A DNA stretch of 64,000 nucleotides, taken from positions 2,688,001 through 2,752,000 of the forward strand of contig CP147778.1 of NCBI GenBank assembly GCA_037305845.1. Reading direction: 5' to 3'. A model generated the notes under the pieces. It did no database searches and was not told the DNA's origin. It was given only the letters and a program-made list of their open reading frames with translations. The DNA is from Candidatus Freyarchaeum deiterrae. GTDB taxonomy: Archaea > Asgardarchaeota > Jordiarchaeia > Jordiarchaeales > Jordiarchaeaceae. A program made the translations under genes and the position numbers. Shown here one piece after another: positions 55,700 to 64,000 of the stretch (position 1 is its first letter; every line of letters starts with the position of its first letter).

Positions 55700-56854
55700 A
55701 TGGATTTCGAACTAACCGAAGAACAAGAAATGATAAGGCAGAGTGTAAGAGAATTCGCCGAAAAAGAATTAGCACCTAGAGTTGATGAGGAAGAAGAAAA
55801 GGGCGAGTACCCATGGGACATCATAAATAAGGCAGCTGACCTCGGTTTCCTAGGAGCAACAGTCCCACAAAAATATGGGGGGTCGGAAGTAGACAGTATT
55901 AGCGCAGCAATTCTCATAGAGGAACTCGCCAGAAAATGGCCTTCTATTGGGACAATCATACACGTTCACAACTCAGTGTGCTGCTGGCCACTGAATCACT
56001 TCGGCACCGAGGAACAGAAAGAGAATTATCTTCCACGGCTCGCCAAAGGAGAGATAATAGGCGCGTTTTCACTAACCGAACCTGAAGCGGGATCAGATGC
56101 GTCAAATGTAAAAACTAAAGCAGTACTCGATGGTGATGAGTGGGTTATAAATGGATTCAAACAATGGGTAACAAACGGTTTTGCAGCTGGAGTTTACCTA
56201 GTTTTCGTTGTAACCGATGGCGCGACTAGCGATCCAAAAAGGAAACCAATTAGTATTCTAATTGTTGATAAAGACTCTCCTGGTATTAAGTTAGGTAAGC
56301 CTGAGAGAAAGCTCGGAATACACAGCTCTGTAACCCCCAAGTCTTTAGTTTTTGAAGATTGTCGCGTTCCGAAGGAAAATGTTCTAGGAAAGGTGGGTGA
56401 AGGGTATAAGATGGGCATGATTATACTTGACCAGGCAAGAATTGGGGTTGCAGCCCAGGGTGTAGGTGTGGCGCAATCTGCGTTTGATGAGGCTCTGAAA
56501 TATTCTCAGCAAAGAGTTCAGTTCGGTCAACCCATAGCAAAGTTCCAAGCCATACAGTGGATGCTTGCCGATATGGCTACGGAAATAGAGGCGGCTCGTT
56601 TGCTTACCTATAAGTCGGCTTATCTTAAGGATAAGGGTGCTAGAATTTCGGTGGAGGCAGCCATGGCAAAACTGGCGGGAGGAGAAATTGCCATGAAAGC
56701 TGCAAATCTAGCGCTGCAGATTCACGGTGGATATGGATACATTAAGGACTACCCTATTGAGAGAATATTCCGGGACTCGAAAATTATGGGCATTTACGAG
56801 GGGACCAACGAAATACAGAAACTAAGAATCGCCAGCGAGCTACTAAAAAAATAA
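55700..56854 (+). CDS. Acyl-CoA dehydrogenase
   Basis: FSLTEPEAGSDA, RVQFGQPIAKFQAIQ, QIHGGYGY, IYEGTNEIQ. Confidence 0.95.
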   Translation: MDFELTEEQEMIRQSVREFAEKELAPRVDEEEEKGEYPWDIINKAADLGFLGATVPQKYGGSEVDSISAAILIEELARKWPSIGTIIHVHNSVCCWPLNHFGTEEQKENYLPRLAKGEIIGAFSLTEPEAGSDASNVKTKAVLDGDEWVINGFKQWVTNGFAAGVYLVFVVTDGATSDPKRKPISILIVDKDSPGIKLGKPERKLGIHSSVTPKSLVFEDCRVPKENVLGKVGEGYKMGMIILDQARIGVAAQGVGVAQSAFDEALKYSQQRVQFGQPIAKFQAIQWMLADMATEIEAARLLTYKSAYLKDKGARISVEAAMAKLAGGEIAMKAANLALQIHGGYGYIKDYPIERIFRDSKIMGIYEGTNEIQKLRIASELLKK

Positions 56855-56986
56855 AATGGAACAGAATGAAAAACACGCTGCCGTGAAACAACATTAAAAC
56901 AAAACAGGGAAAAAGCGGTTGATTTTTTTAATATCCGCTACACCAAACACTATTTTTACCTGCACAAATTTAAAAGAAATATGACA

Positions 56987-58177
56987 TCAAGTCTCTTGAA
57001 GTCCTTTTCGCAATTCTTTGACCAGTTCTGGAACTATTTTGAATAAATCTCCGACGACGCTGTAGTTTGCTATTTTTAGGATGGGTGCGTCTGAATCCTT
57101 GTTTATTGCTACGATCATGTCTGATGTTTGCATACCTACCAGGTGCTGAATCATGCCCGATATTCCCACCGCGATATAGAGTTTCGGGGCGACAGTCTTT
57201 CCCGTCTGACCTACCTGGTGATGGTGAGGAAGCCAATTCTCATCTGCAACCGGTCTTGAGCAGCCCAAAGCGGCGCGGAGTGTCTTAGCCAACTCCTCAA
57301 CAACAGGTATGTTGTCTGGTGACTGGATTCCGCGTCCACACGAAACAATGATGCTTGCTTCCTCCAGATTAACACCTTCAGTAACTTCTTTAACAGTATC
57401 CACAATTTTTGCCTTAACCATTTTAGGAGTGATGCTAGCTTCGACCTTAACAACTTCTCCATTCCGCGATAAGTTAAGTTCTGCCCTTTTCATCACGTTC
57501 GGTCGTACAGTAGCCATCTGTGGTCGAGTGTATCTTGTAAGAATAGAAGCCATAATGTTCCCCCCGAAAGCAGGTCTGGTCTGCAGAAGCAAGCGATCCT
57601 CTGTTATATCCAGCCCTGTGCAATCCGCTGTTAGACCCACTCTTAGCCTTGCGGCGATTCTGGGCGCTAAATCGCGTCCATTGAGTGTGGCTCCGTATAA
57701 CACAATGGAAGGCTTGTATTTGGAAATAACTGCGGTCAGCATCGCAGTGTAAGCGTCGCTATTGTATTTCTCGAGAAGCTCGTGTTCAACTAGGTAAACC
57801 TTATCCGCACCCTGAGCAATAACGGTATCTGTCAAGTGTGATACATCTTTTCCAATGAGAACAGCTGCGAGTTCTTCCCCCAATTTGTCCGCCAGTTTTC
57901 TCCCCTCGCTTAGAAGTTCGAGCGCTGCGTTCTTTAGTTTACCATCGCTCTGCTCGGCGTAAACCCAGACTCCCTTATACTCCGAGGTGTCTACTTCCCC
58001 CCGCTTAGGCCTCTCGATAACAATAGCTTTGACTGGGCAAATCCTTTCACATGCACCGCAAAGGGTACAGGCCTCGGATATCTGCGCCTTTTCGTTAACG
58101 ACCTCAACGGCTCCAAAAGGGCATTGAGAGACGCAGGTTTTACATCCCGTGCACTGGTCTATTATAACTCGAATCAT
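56987..58177 (-). CDS. etfA: Electron transfer flavoprotein alpha subunit with an N-terminal 2x[4Fe-4S] ferredoxin
   Basis: Two CxxCxxCxxxCP motifs; GLTADCT, RPAFGGN, QVGQTGK, GISGMIQH. Confidence 0.93.
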   Translation of the reverse strand: MIRVIIDQCTGCKTCVSQCPFGAVEVVNEKAQISEACTLCGACERICPVKAIVIERPKRGEVDTSEYKGVWVYAEQSDGKLKNAALELLSEGRKLADKLGEELAAVLIGKDVSHLTDTVIAQGADKVYLVEHELLEKYNSDAYTAMLTAVISKYKPSIVLYGATLNGRDLAPRIAARLRVGLTADCTGLDITEDRLLLQTRPAFGGNIMASILTRYTRPQMATVRPNVMKRAELNLSRNGEVVKVEASITPKMVKAKIVDTVKEVTEGVNLEEASIIVSCGRGIQSPDNIPVVEELAKTLRAALGCSRPVADENWLPHHHQVGQTGKTVAPKLYIAVGISGMIQHLVGMQTSDMIVAINKDSDAPILKIANYSVVGDLFKIVPELVKELRKGLQET

Positions 58178-58992
58178 TCTCTGTTTATCCTCCCTCTGAG
58201 ATTTTTTATGATGGGTTCCTCAAGCAATATTCGGGCTAGTTTTTTTGCGGAATCTGCAGGGTTTTCCTCTCTGATAATTACTCCGCCACCTCTCTGCTTG
58301 GGAGTAAATATTCTCACCACTTCTGTGAATGAACCTTTCAAGCCATATGACTGAGGGTCACCCCCTATGTCCGTGAGGGTGAGTTCTTTAATCTCTTTCT
58401 TCTTGGAGAGCATTATTTCTCTGAGGGCTGGGATTCGAGGTTCATTTAGACCTTTGATAGCGGTTAGGAGAACTGGTAATCGACATTCAATGACTTCGTA
58501 GCCTTCTTCGGTTTCTCTGTGAACGGTTACTCGTTTCTTTTCTTCGTCGATATCCACCTTTTTGACGTAGGTTATGGGGGTTATTCCGAGATTTTCGGCT
58601 AGTTCGGGGCCCACTTGGGCTGTGTCGCCGTCGATTGCCCGTGTACCGCATATTATTAGGTCGTATTCCATTTTTTTGACGGCCTGTGCGAGGGTGTAAG
58701 ATGTAGCCCAGGTGTCTGAGCCTGCAAAAGCCCTATCGGTGAGCAGGACTCCCTTATCCGCGCCCATTGCTAAACATCTCATCAGAGCTTGCTTTGCCTG
58801 TGGCGGTCCCATTGTTACGACCGTAACTTCTCCTCCGTGTTTCTCTTTTATCCTCATCGCTTCTTCCACTGCTATTTCGTCGAAAGGATTGACGATGGAT
58901 GGGACTCCCTCACGGACAAGGGTATTAGTCTTTGGGTCTATCCTAACCTCAGCAACTTCAGGAACCTGCTTAATACAAACCACGATCTTCAT
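58174..58992 (-). CDS. etfB: Electron transfer flavoprotein beta subunit
   Basis: VCIKQVP, NPFDEIAVEEA, FAGSDTWATS, DGDTAQVG. Confidence 0.95.
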   Translation of the reverse strand: MKIVVCIKQVPEVAEVRIDPKTNTLVREGVPSIVNPFDEIAVEEAMRIKEKHGGEVTVVTMGPPQAKQALMRCLAMGADKGVLLTDRAFAGSDTWATSYTLAQAVKKMEYDLIICGTRAIDGDTAQVGPELAENLGITPITYVKKVDIDEEKKRVTVHRETEEGYEVIECRLPVLLTAIKGLNEPRIPALREIMLSKKKEIKELTLTDIGGDPQSYGLKGSFTEVVRIFTPKQRGGGVIIREENPADSAKKLARILLEEPIIKNLRGRINRE

Positions 58993-59361
58993 TATTAACA
59001 ACCCTCTCTAATCCGCACCTTATCCATAGCTTTAAGGTGGGGGCGGCTAGAGTTTTGTGTTTTTGTTGTGTGATTAATTTTCTCAACTTAAATTTTTTGG
59101 AGCGTTACAAATCAATCATATGACTAGAACTGTAAGGAATTCAAGTTTCTCCTCAAAATCACAGCTTTATTTCTATTAATCTTTATTGTATTTAACATTT
59201 ATTGGCAGTAAGACTTAATAAGACTGGATTCAAAAACAAAGATTATCCAATCATGCCACAGTAAAGATTAAATTACCAAAGTTTTCATAAAATATCCTTA
59301 GGAATTGACTTCCTACTCTTAATGAAAAAACCTCAAAAATGAATCTGAAGTAGCACAACTT

Positions 59362-59757
59362 TTGCCAGGAGGAATAAAAATAACGAAGCTTAAAGATAAA
59401 ATTCTAATCAAAGAACTCGGAATTGACGATTTAAAAACAACAAAGAAAAAAGTCATTGACGCTGTAACCGAACTAGTTAACAGTTATGAAACATTATGGG
59501 ATCTTCTAAGGGGTTGCATAAGAACTCCTGAATGCTCAATGAACCACGAACTGGAAATAGGCGACATTGTAGAAGAAGCAATAGGCACAGACAGTGACAC
59601 CGTCTATAGTTTAGGAGAAGAAGTTCAAGAAGAAGAACTGGGTTACGAGGAAGAGGAAGAAGAAAAAGAAGAAGAGGAAGAAGAAGAAGAGGAAAAGAAA
59701 GAAGAAAAAGAAGAAGCGTACGATGCGGAAGAAGATGAAGAACACGACGAAGAATAA
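59362..59757 (+). CDS. Hypothetical protein with a highly acidic C-terminal tail
   Basis: 131 aa ORF; last ~45 aa almost all E/D/K; start uncertain. Confidence 0.6.
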   Translation: MPGGIKITKLKDKILIKELGIDDLKTTKKKVIDAVTELVNSYETLWDLLRGCIRTPECSMNHELEIGDIVEEAIGTDSDTVYSLGEEVQEEELGYEEEEEEKEEEEEEEEEKKEEKEEAYDAEEDEEHDEE

Positions 59758-59849
59758 CCGAATTGAAAAAACGTAGTGAAACTAATCATCCTTTTTCCTT
59801 TTTTATAAAACTTAAATCCGCTCAAGAAGTTGACTTTAAGTTTAAACGT

Positions 59850-61100
59850 TTAAACGGTATTGCTTGGTTTTGTAACGTATTCGCAATATTCGTCTCCTTT
59901 GGCTATGCACTTCACTTCCTCTGTTACACCCTTAACACCACTAAGTATCTCGTAGATACCATTTATTATTCCACCATTGTGCGACCCTGCTGGTTTTTTA
60001 ACATTTTTCAAGCCACTGCAAAAGGGTGAGTTGAAATTCTTTATACTGAGAATTTGTTGTTTCTCGTCGAATTCGCCAATAAATTGTCCGAATCCTCTTA
60101 ATGTATTAAATCTGCAATATACTGGAATTCCTTCACTCATCGTCGAGGGTTTGAACTGTCTCATTAAAATTTCAACCATTGATTTACTTCTTCCTAAACC
60201 TTGAGAATAAAGCATTTCATCGGTTTTTTCATAGCCATATTTTTCAAACATGGAGCTCGTAACTTGAGTTATGAAGTTTGCGTCATTAATTACAATTCTT
60301 GAACCTAATAGTTCTATGACTCCTCTTTCTGGCATCTTTAGGTGCTGTTTTAGTCTGTTAAACTCCTCAATTATCTCGGTGCTTAGAACAATGCCTGTTT
60401 TTCCCATCTCAAATGGAATGAGGTCGTCTATATAATCCAGTGTAGGCGATTTGGATACTCTTAGAAATCTTTTATGACCCCTTTCCTCTTCAGAGACTCT
60501 AAGCTCAATAACGTAGTCAAAAATGTGTTTTAAGGTGCTTATACTTTTCTCATCCAGCATACCTTTATCAAAAACAAAAATTGATATACCACATTCACTG
60601 AGTAGAATCTTATTCATATAAATCAAATTGATAACTTTATCCATATCTTGTCCTTTTGATAGCATAACGTTACTCATAAAACATACACTGAAGTACCTGG
60701 ACTTGTGCTCTTTCATGGATTGGATAACATTGTGAAGATAAGAGTTGAGACGTATAAGGTCTCTTGGCTCGTCTATAACCAACTCTTCTTCGGATTGAAG
60801 TTTTCCATAAAGATTCGTAAACCCATCAACTAGGAAAAACTTTTTTTCCTTCTCAAATTCTTTGATTCCGAAATTAAAATGCCCTAACCATTCTTTGATT
60901 CGCGCTGTCGGTATATCAAGGTCCATAATCAATCCGCTGTCTCCCTGCTTCAGTCTGAAGCCCATAATCTGCAAGGGTAAAATTTCACCCATGGATCCGG
61001 TTTCAGTTAACAATAAGATTTGAGCATTCTTCTCAAAACCGCCTCCAGTCAGAAAGTCAAAGGCTGGAATACCCGTACTAGACAACTCCATTAGACTCAC
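59850..61100 (-). CDS. RAD55/KaiC-like (Walker A degenerate) domain fused to V4R
   Basis: STGIPAFDFLTGGGF; P-loop position TETGSMGE; C-terminal RGFG...NSPFC...EEVKCIAKGDEYCEY. Confidence 0.88.
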   Translation of the reverse strand: MSLMELSSTGIPAFDFLTGGGFEKNAQILLLTETGSMGEILPLQIMGFRLKQGDSGLIMDLDIPTARIKEWLGHFNFGIKEFEKEKKFFLVDGFTNLYGKLQSEEELVIDEPRDLIRLNSYLHNVIQSMKEHKSRYFSVCFMSNVMLSKGQDMDKVINLIYMNKILLSECGISIFVFDKGMLDEKSISTLKHIFDYVIELRVSEEERGHKRFLRVSKSPTLDYIDDLIPFEMGKTGIVLSTEIIEEFNRLKQHLKMPERGVIELLGSRIVINDANFITQVTSSMFEKYGYEKTDEMLYSQGLGRSKSMVEILMRQFKPSTMSEGIPVYCRFNTLRGFGQFIGEFDEKQQILSIKNFNSPFCSGLKNVKKPAGSHNGGIINGIYEILSGVKGVTEEVKCIAKGDEYCEYVTKPSNTV

Positions 61101-61158
61101 CCCAAAAAAATATCTAGAAAAACCATAATGTATATGTTTTCTCTCCTTTGAGTGCTAT

Positions 61159-62394
61159 TTAACTTTTTGAACGTTTCACTACAAATTCACAACAATCATC
61201 ACCCTTCGCTATGCATTTTACCTCTTCGCACTCGTAACTGTCTCCAGTGTAGATTTCAAAAGCCCCCGCAAAAAGCCCTGCTGTTGCCCAGCCAGCAGTC
61301 TTACCTAACCCCTTAAAATACGAACAAACTGGGGAATTAATTAATCTAAATCGGTAACCATTTATTTTTTCGTCAAAAATGGTTTCTAATTTACCATTGC
61401 CGCGGAGTTCTATGAGCCTCGCAAAGGAGTCTACCGCTTTTTTCAGATCGGTTATTTTGAACTGTTCCCTGAAATTTTTAACCAAGGGTATTCCCTTTTT
61501 TCCTTGCTGATACATGAATTCACTTGCCTCTTCGTATCCGTATTCGTTCATTATTTTTGTGAAAATCATTGAGTAGAAGTTTGGGTCTAGGATTATCACT
61601 CTTGATCCTAAAAGCTCTAGGACGCCCTCGTCTAGCATCTTCAATTGTTGTTTTATGTAATCAAACTCCTCAATGGTCCTTGTGCTCAGAGCAAATCCTC
61701 CGGGTCTTATCTCATATGGTACAAATTCATCCAGATAGTTATTGGATGGCGATTTAACCACCCTTAAATACTTCTGAAATTTTCTGTCCTTCTCGGATAC
61801 TTTAAAGTCTAAAACATAGTCGAATGCGTGTTCCAATGTCCGTAAACTCTTTTCATCCAGCATACCTTTATCAAAAACAAAGGCGCACAAGCCGAACTGG
61901 CTCAGCATTACTCTAGTTTTATAAATAAAATTAATAACTTTGTCAAGATCCTGTTTTCTAGACAGGAAAAGGTTGCTAGAAAACATCAAGCTAAAAACAT
62001 TGGGTTTATGTTGCTCAACCATTTGAGTGAGTTCAGCTATGTACGCGTTAATATGTACAATATCTTTGGGCTTATCTATAACATACTTTTCCTCAGAAGA
62101 GTGCTCTCCGTACATTTTAGAAAAACCATCTATTATAAAAAACTGCTCATTCTCTTCGAACTTATCGATATCAAGTTTTTTGAATTTAAACCATTCTCTG
62201 ACTCTACGAGGAGGTATATCCAAGTCTATAATAAATCCAGAATCACCTGTGGATAATCTGTTAGTAAAGAGATTCAGGGCAACTATCTCACCCATTCCGC
62301 CCGCTTCGATTAAAAAGAGAATCGAAGAATTTCTAATAAAGCCGCCGCCGAGTAAAGCATCTAGCTCCGAATTACCTGAACTAATAAATTCCAT
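61159..62394 (-). CDS. RAD55/KaiC-like (Walker A degenerate) domain fused to V4R
   Basis: SSGNSELDALLGGGF; P-loop position IEAGGMGE; C-terminal NSPVC...EEVKCIAKGDDCCEF; tandem paralog of 59850-61100. Confidence 0.88.
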   Translation of the reverse strand: MEFISSGNSELDALLGGGFIRNSSILFLIEAGGMGEIVALNLFTNRLSTGDSGFIIDLDIPPRRVREWFKFKKLDIDKFEENEQFFIIDGFSKMYGEHSSEEKYVIDKPKDIVHINAYIAELTQMVEQHKPNVFSLMFSSNLFLSRKQDLDKVINFIYKTRVMLSQFGLCAFVFDKGMLDEKSLRTLEHAFDYVLDFKVSEKDRKFQKYLRVVKSPSNNYLDEFVPYEIRPGGFALSTRTIEEFDYIKQQLKMLDEGVLELLGSRVIILDPNFYSMIFTKIMNEYGYEEASEFMYQQGKKGIPLVKNFREQFKITDLKKAVDSFARLIELRGNGKLETIFDEKINGYRFRLINSPVCSYFKGLGKTAGWATAGLFAGAFEIYTGDSYECEEVKCIAKGDDCCEFVVKRSKS

Positions 62395-62589
62395 GGAAAA
62401 CCCCTTTTTTTGGACGAAGCTTCAAGCCAACAATGTTGACTTTACTTAAAAAATGTAACTGAAAAAAGCTAAATTAACTTGATTTATTTTAATTAGCTTT
62501 CAAAAATGCAAAGTTGAAGGTGAAGATTTTTTAGAATCAGAATAGCTAAAAAGAATACAGACGGGAAAATTGTTAAAACTGGATTCATT

Positions 62590-63459
62590 TTACATTTGCG
62601 TCACTTTTTTAGATTCTTTCTTAATTTTTTCTACTTTTTGCGCCACTTCTTCCGTTAGAGAATATGAGTACTCCTCTGTGGGAAACAGCCCTTTTTCAAC
62701 CTCTTCTTTGTACTGGATAGCCGCGTTTTTTATGGCTTCCCTTACGTTTCCAAATCTCTTCACAAACTTGGGCTTAAAGTCTTGGTTAATTCCCACAGCG
62801 TCATGAAACACCAGTACTTGTCCGTCGCAGTGGATACCCGCACCTATTCCTATAGTTGCAGCCTCTACGTAGTCCGTTATTAGCTCTGCAACCTGCCAAG
62901 GTATACCCTCCAACACGATTGAGAACACACCCGCTTCATCCAGAGCCCTAGCGTCATCCAGTAACAATTTTATCGTCTTATCCGTTCTCGCCTGAACCTT
63001 ATGACCACCGAAAATGTTAACAGACTGAGGAGTCAGTCCAATGTGCCCCATCACCGGAACTCCTAGGTTAATAATCGCCTTCACGACTTCAATAATTCTT
63101 TTTCCGCCTTCTGGTTTAACAGCCTCAGCGCCGCCCTCCTGAACGAGACGCGTAGCGTTTCTTGCAGCAATCTCGGGAGTTATACAGGAGCCAAAAGGCA
63201 AGTCACCAATCAGCAACGCATACTCGATTCCTCTGCGTACAGCAGCTGTGTGTCTAACCATGTCATCCATGGTTACAGGAAGCGTGTTTCTGTATCCCAA
63301 AACATTGTCCCCTAAGGAGTCGCCCACAAGAACCATGTCTACCCCCACCTCGTCCAGAATTCGAGCCGTAGGGGTATCATAGGCTGTTAACATAACAATT
63401 TTCTTTCGGTCTTCCTTCATTTTCTTAATATCAAGCACCGTTATTTTATTCCGTTCCAT
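62590..63459 (-). CDS. panB: 3-methyl-2-oxobutanoate hydroxymethyltransferase
   Basis: MLTAYD, LVGDSLG, GHIGLTPQ, IGIGAG..CDGQVLV. Confidence 0.97.
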   Translation of the reverse strand: MERNKITVLDIKKMKEDRKKIVMLTAYDTPTARILDEVGVDMVLVGDSLGDNVLGYRNTLPVTMDDMVRHTAAVRRGIEYALLIGDLPFGSCITPEIAARNATRLVQEGGAEAVKPEGGKRIIEVVKAIINLGVPVMGHIGLTPQSVNIFGGHKVQARTDKTIKLLLDDARALDEAGVFSIVLEGIPWQVAELITDYVEAATIGIGAGIHCDGQVLVFHDAVGINQDFKPKFVKRFGNVREAIKNAAIQYKEEVEKGLFPTEEYSYSLTEEVAQKVEKIKKESKKVTQM

Positions 63460-63704
63460 TCTGAATCATCAACCAAGAATCCCTTTAGGAAAAAGTGAAA
63501 CAAATTCACCTTAAAAAAGATACTGTACAAAAAAAATTGCGTATGAATTGAGCTCAAAACAAAAAAGCTTTTCAAACTTGTTTTTACTCGAAAGTAGGTC
63601 GTTTTCATTGTATAAATCTTCAAAACTAAAGAAAAGCTTGTAATTACGTATTTTTACAGAATCTAAACTTTTTGAAAACTATTGAAAAAATTCTCATGAA
63701 GAGA

Positions 63705-64000
63705 TTAGCTCTTTTTTATGGTTTTCTTAGTTCTCGGGAGAGGTTCGTTCACATTTTTTCCGGGTTCATAGTTTAGGGCCGTTTTTGAGAGTTCGCTTAG
63801 TCTATGGAATATTAGGCTTGGACCAGGTTCCAGAAAGTTGCATACGGAATCGCAATTACCACAGTTCACACAGCATTCACCCATGTGCCCCATACGTAGT
63901 AGGAAGTAAAAAACCGGGTCTATCTCTTTTCTCTTTTTAATTACACTACAATCTACACAGACACAAATTGGGCATGCTTTGATACACATTCCGCATTTTC
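63705..64000 (-). CDS. C-terminus of a 4Fe-4S dicluster protein (FdhB/F420-dehydrogenase beta-like); partial
   Basis: KCGMCIKACPICVCVDC...HMGECCVNCGNCDSVC...YEPG....EPLP; open to the window edge. Confidence 0.75.
   Translation of the reverse strand, partial: KCGMCIKACPICVCVDCSVIKKRKEIDPVFYFLLRMGHMGECCVNCGNCDSVCNFLEPGPSLIFHRLSELSKTALNYEPGKNVNEPLPRTKKTIKKS

Noticed and set aside
1-64000. tRNA or rRNA genes
   Set aside because: No GC-rich cloverleaf or rRNA-like segments were recognised by eye; a tRNAscan-SE/Infernal run would be needed to exclude small ncRNAs.

Overview
Archaeal chromosomal window, most likely from an Asgard archaeon. This is inferred from a Rab-like small GTPase without a prenylation motif, expanded V4R-like and RAD55/KaiC-like families, and archaeal TATA/RBS signals. 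1-7.9 kb: edge of a type III-D CRISPR-Cas locus with a Cas7-Cas5 fusion RAMP, HD-less GGDD Cas10, CARF-HEPN nuclease, HD fragment, divergent wHTH-CARF, decayed AbrB/VapC and Cas6; no array was seen in the window. 8-34.7 kb: accessory block dominated by a 22.25 kb ORF (7416 aa). About 5900 aa form a sequon-rich surface scaffold (CBM-like, DNRLRE-like, DUF2341, GATase-like, Ig-like). This is followed by a ~1470 aa almost sequon-free region ending in a hydrophobic helical bundle, and a convergent HEAT/Zn-ribbon gene. Together they are a candidate contact-dependent toxin/effector-delivery system. 34.7-41 kb: Rab-like GTPase, three Walker-A-dead KaiC/RAD55-like proteins, and ArsR and Hsp20 genes sharing a CTTACC-N5-GGTAAG operator. 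41-52 kb: flavoprotein, SDR paralogs and fragments, four Cys-rich V4R-like paralogs. 52-64 kb: M42 peptidase, thiolase/DUF35/acyl-CoA dehydrogenase/ETF, two pseudo-KaiC-V4R fusions, panB and a partial Fe-S protein. All calls come from reading motifs by eye; no database search was run.
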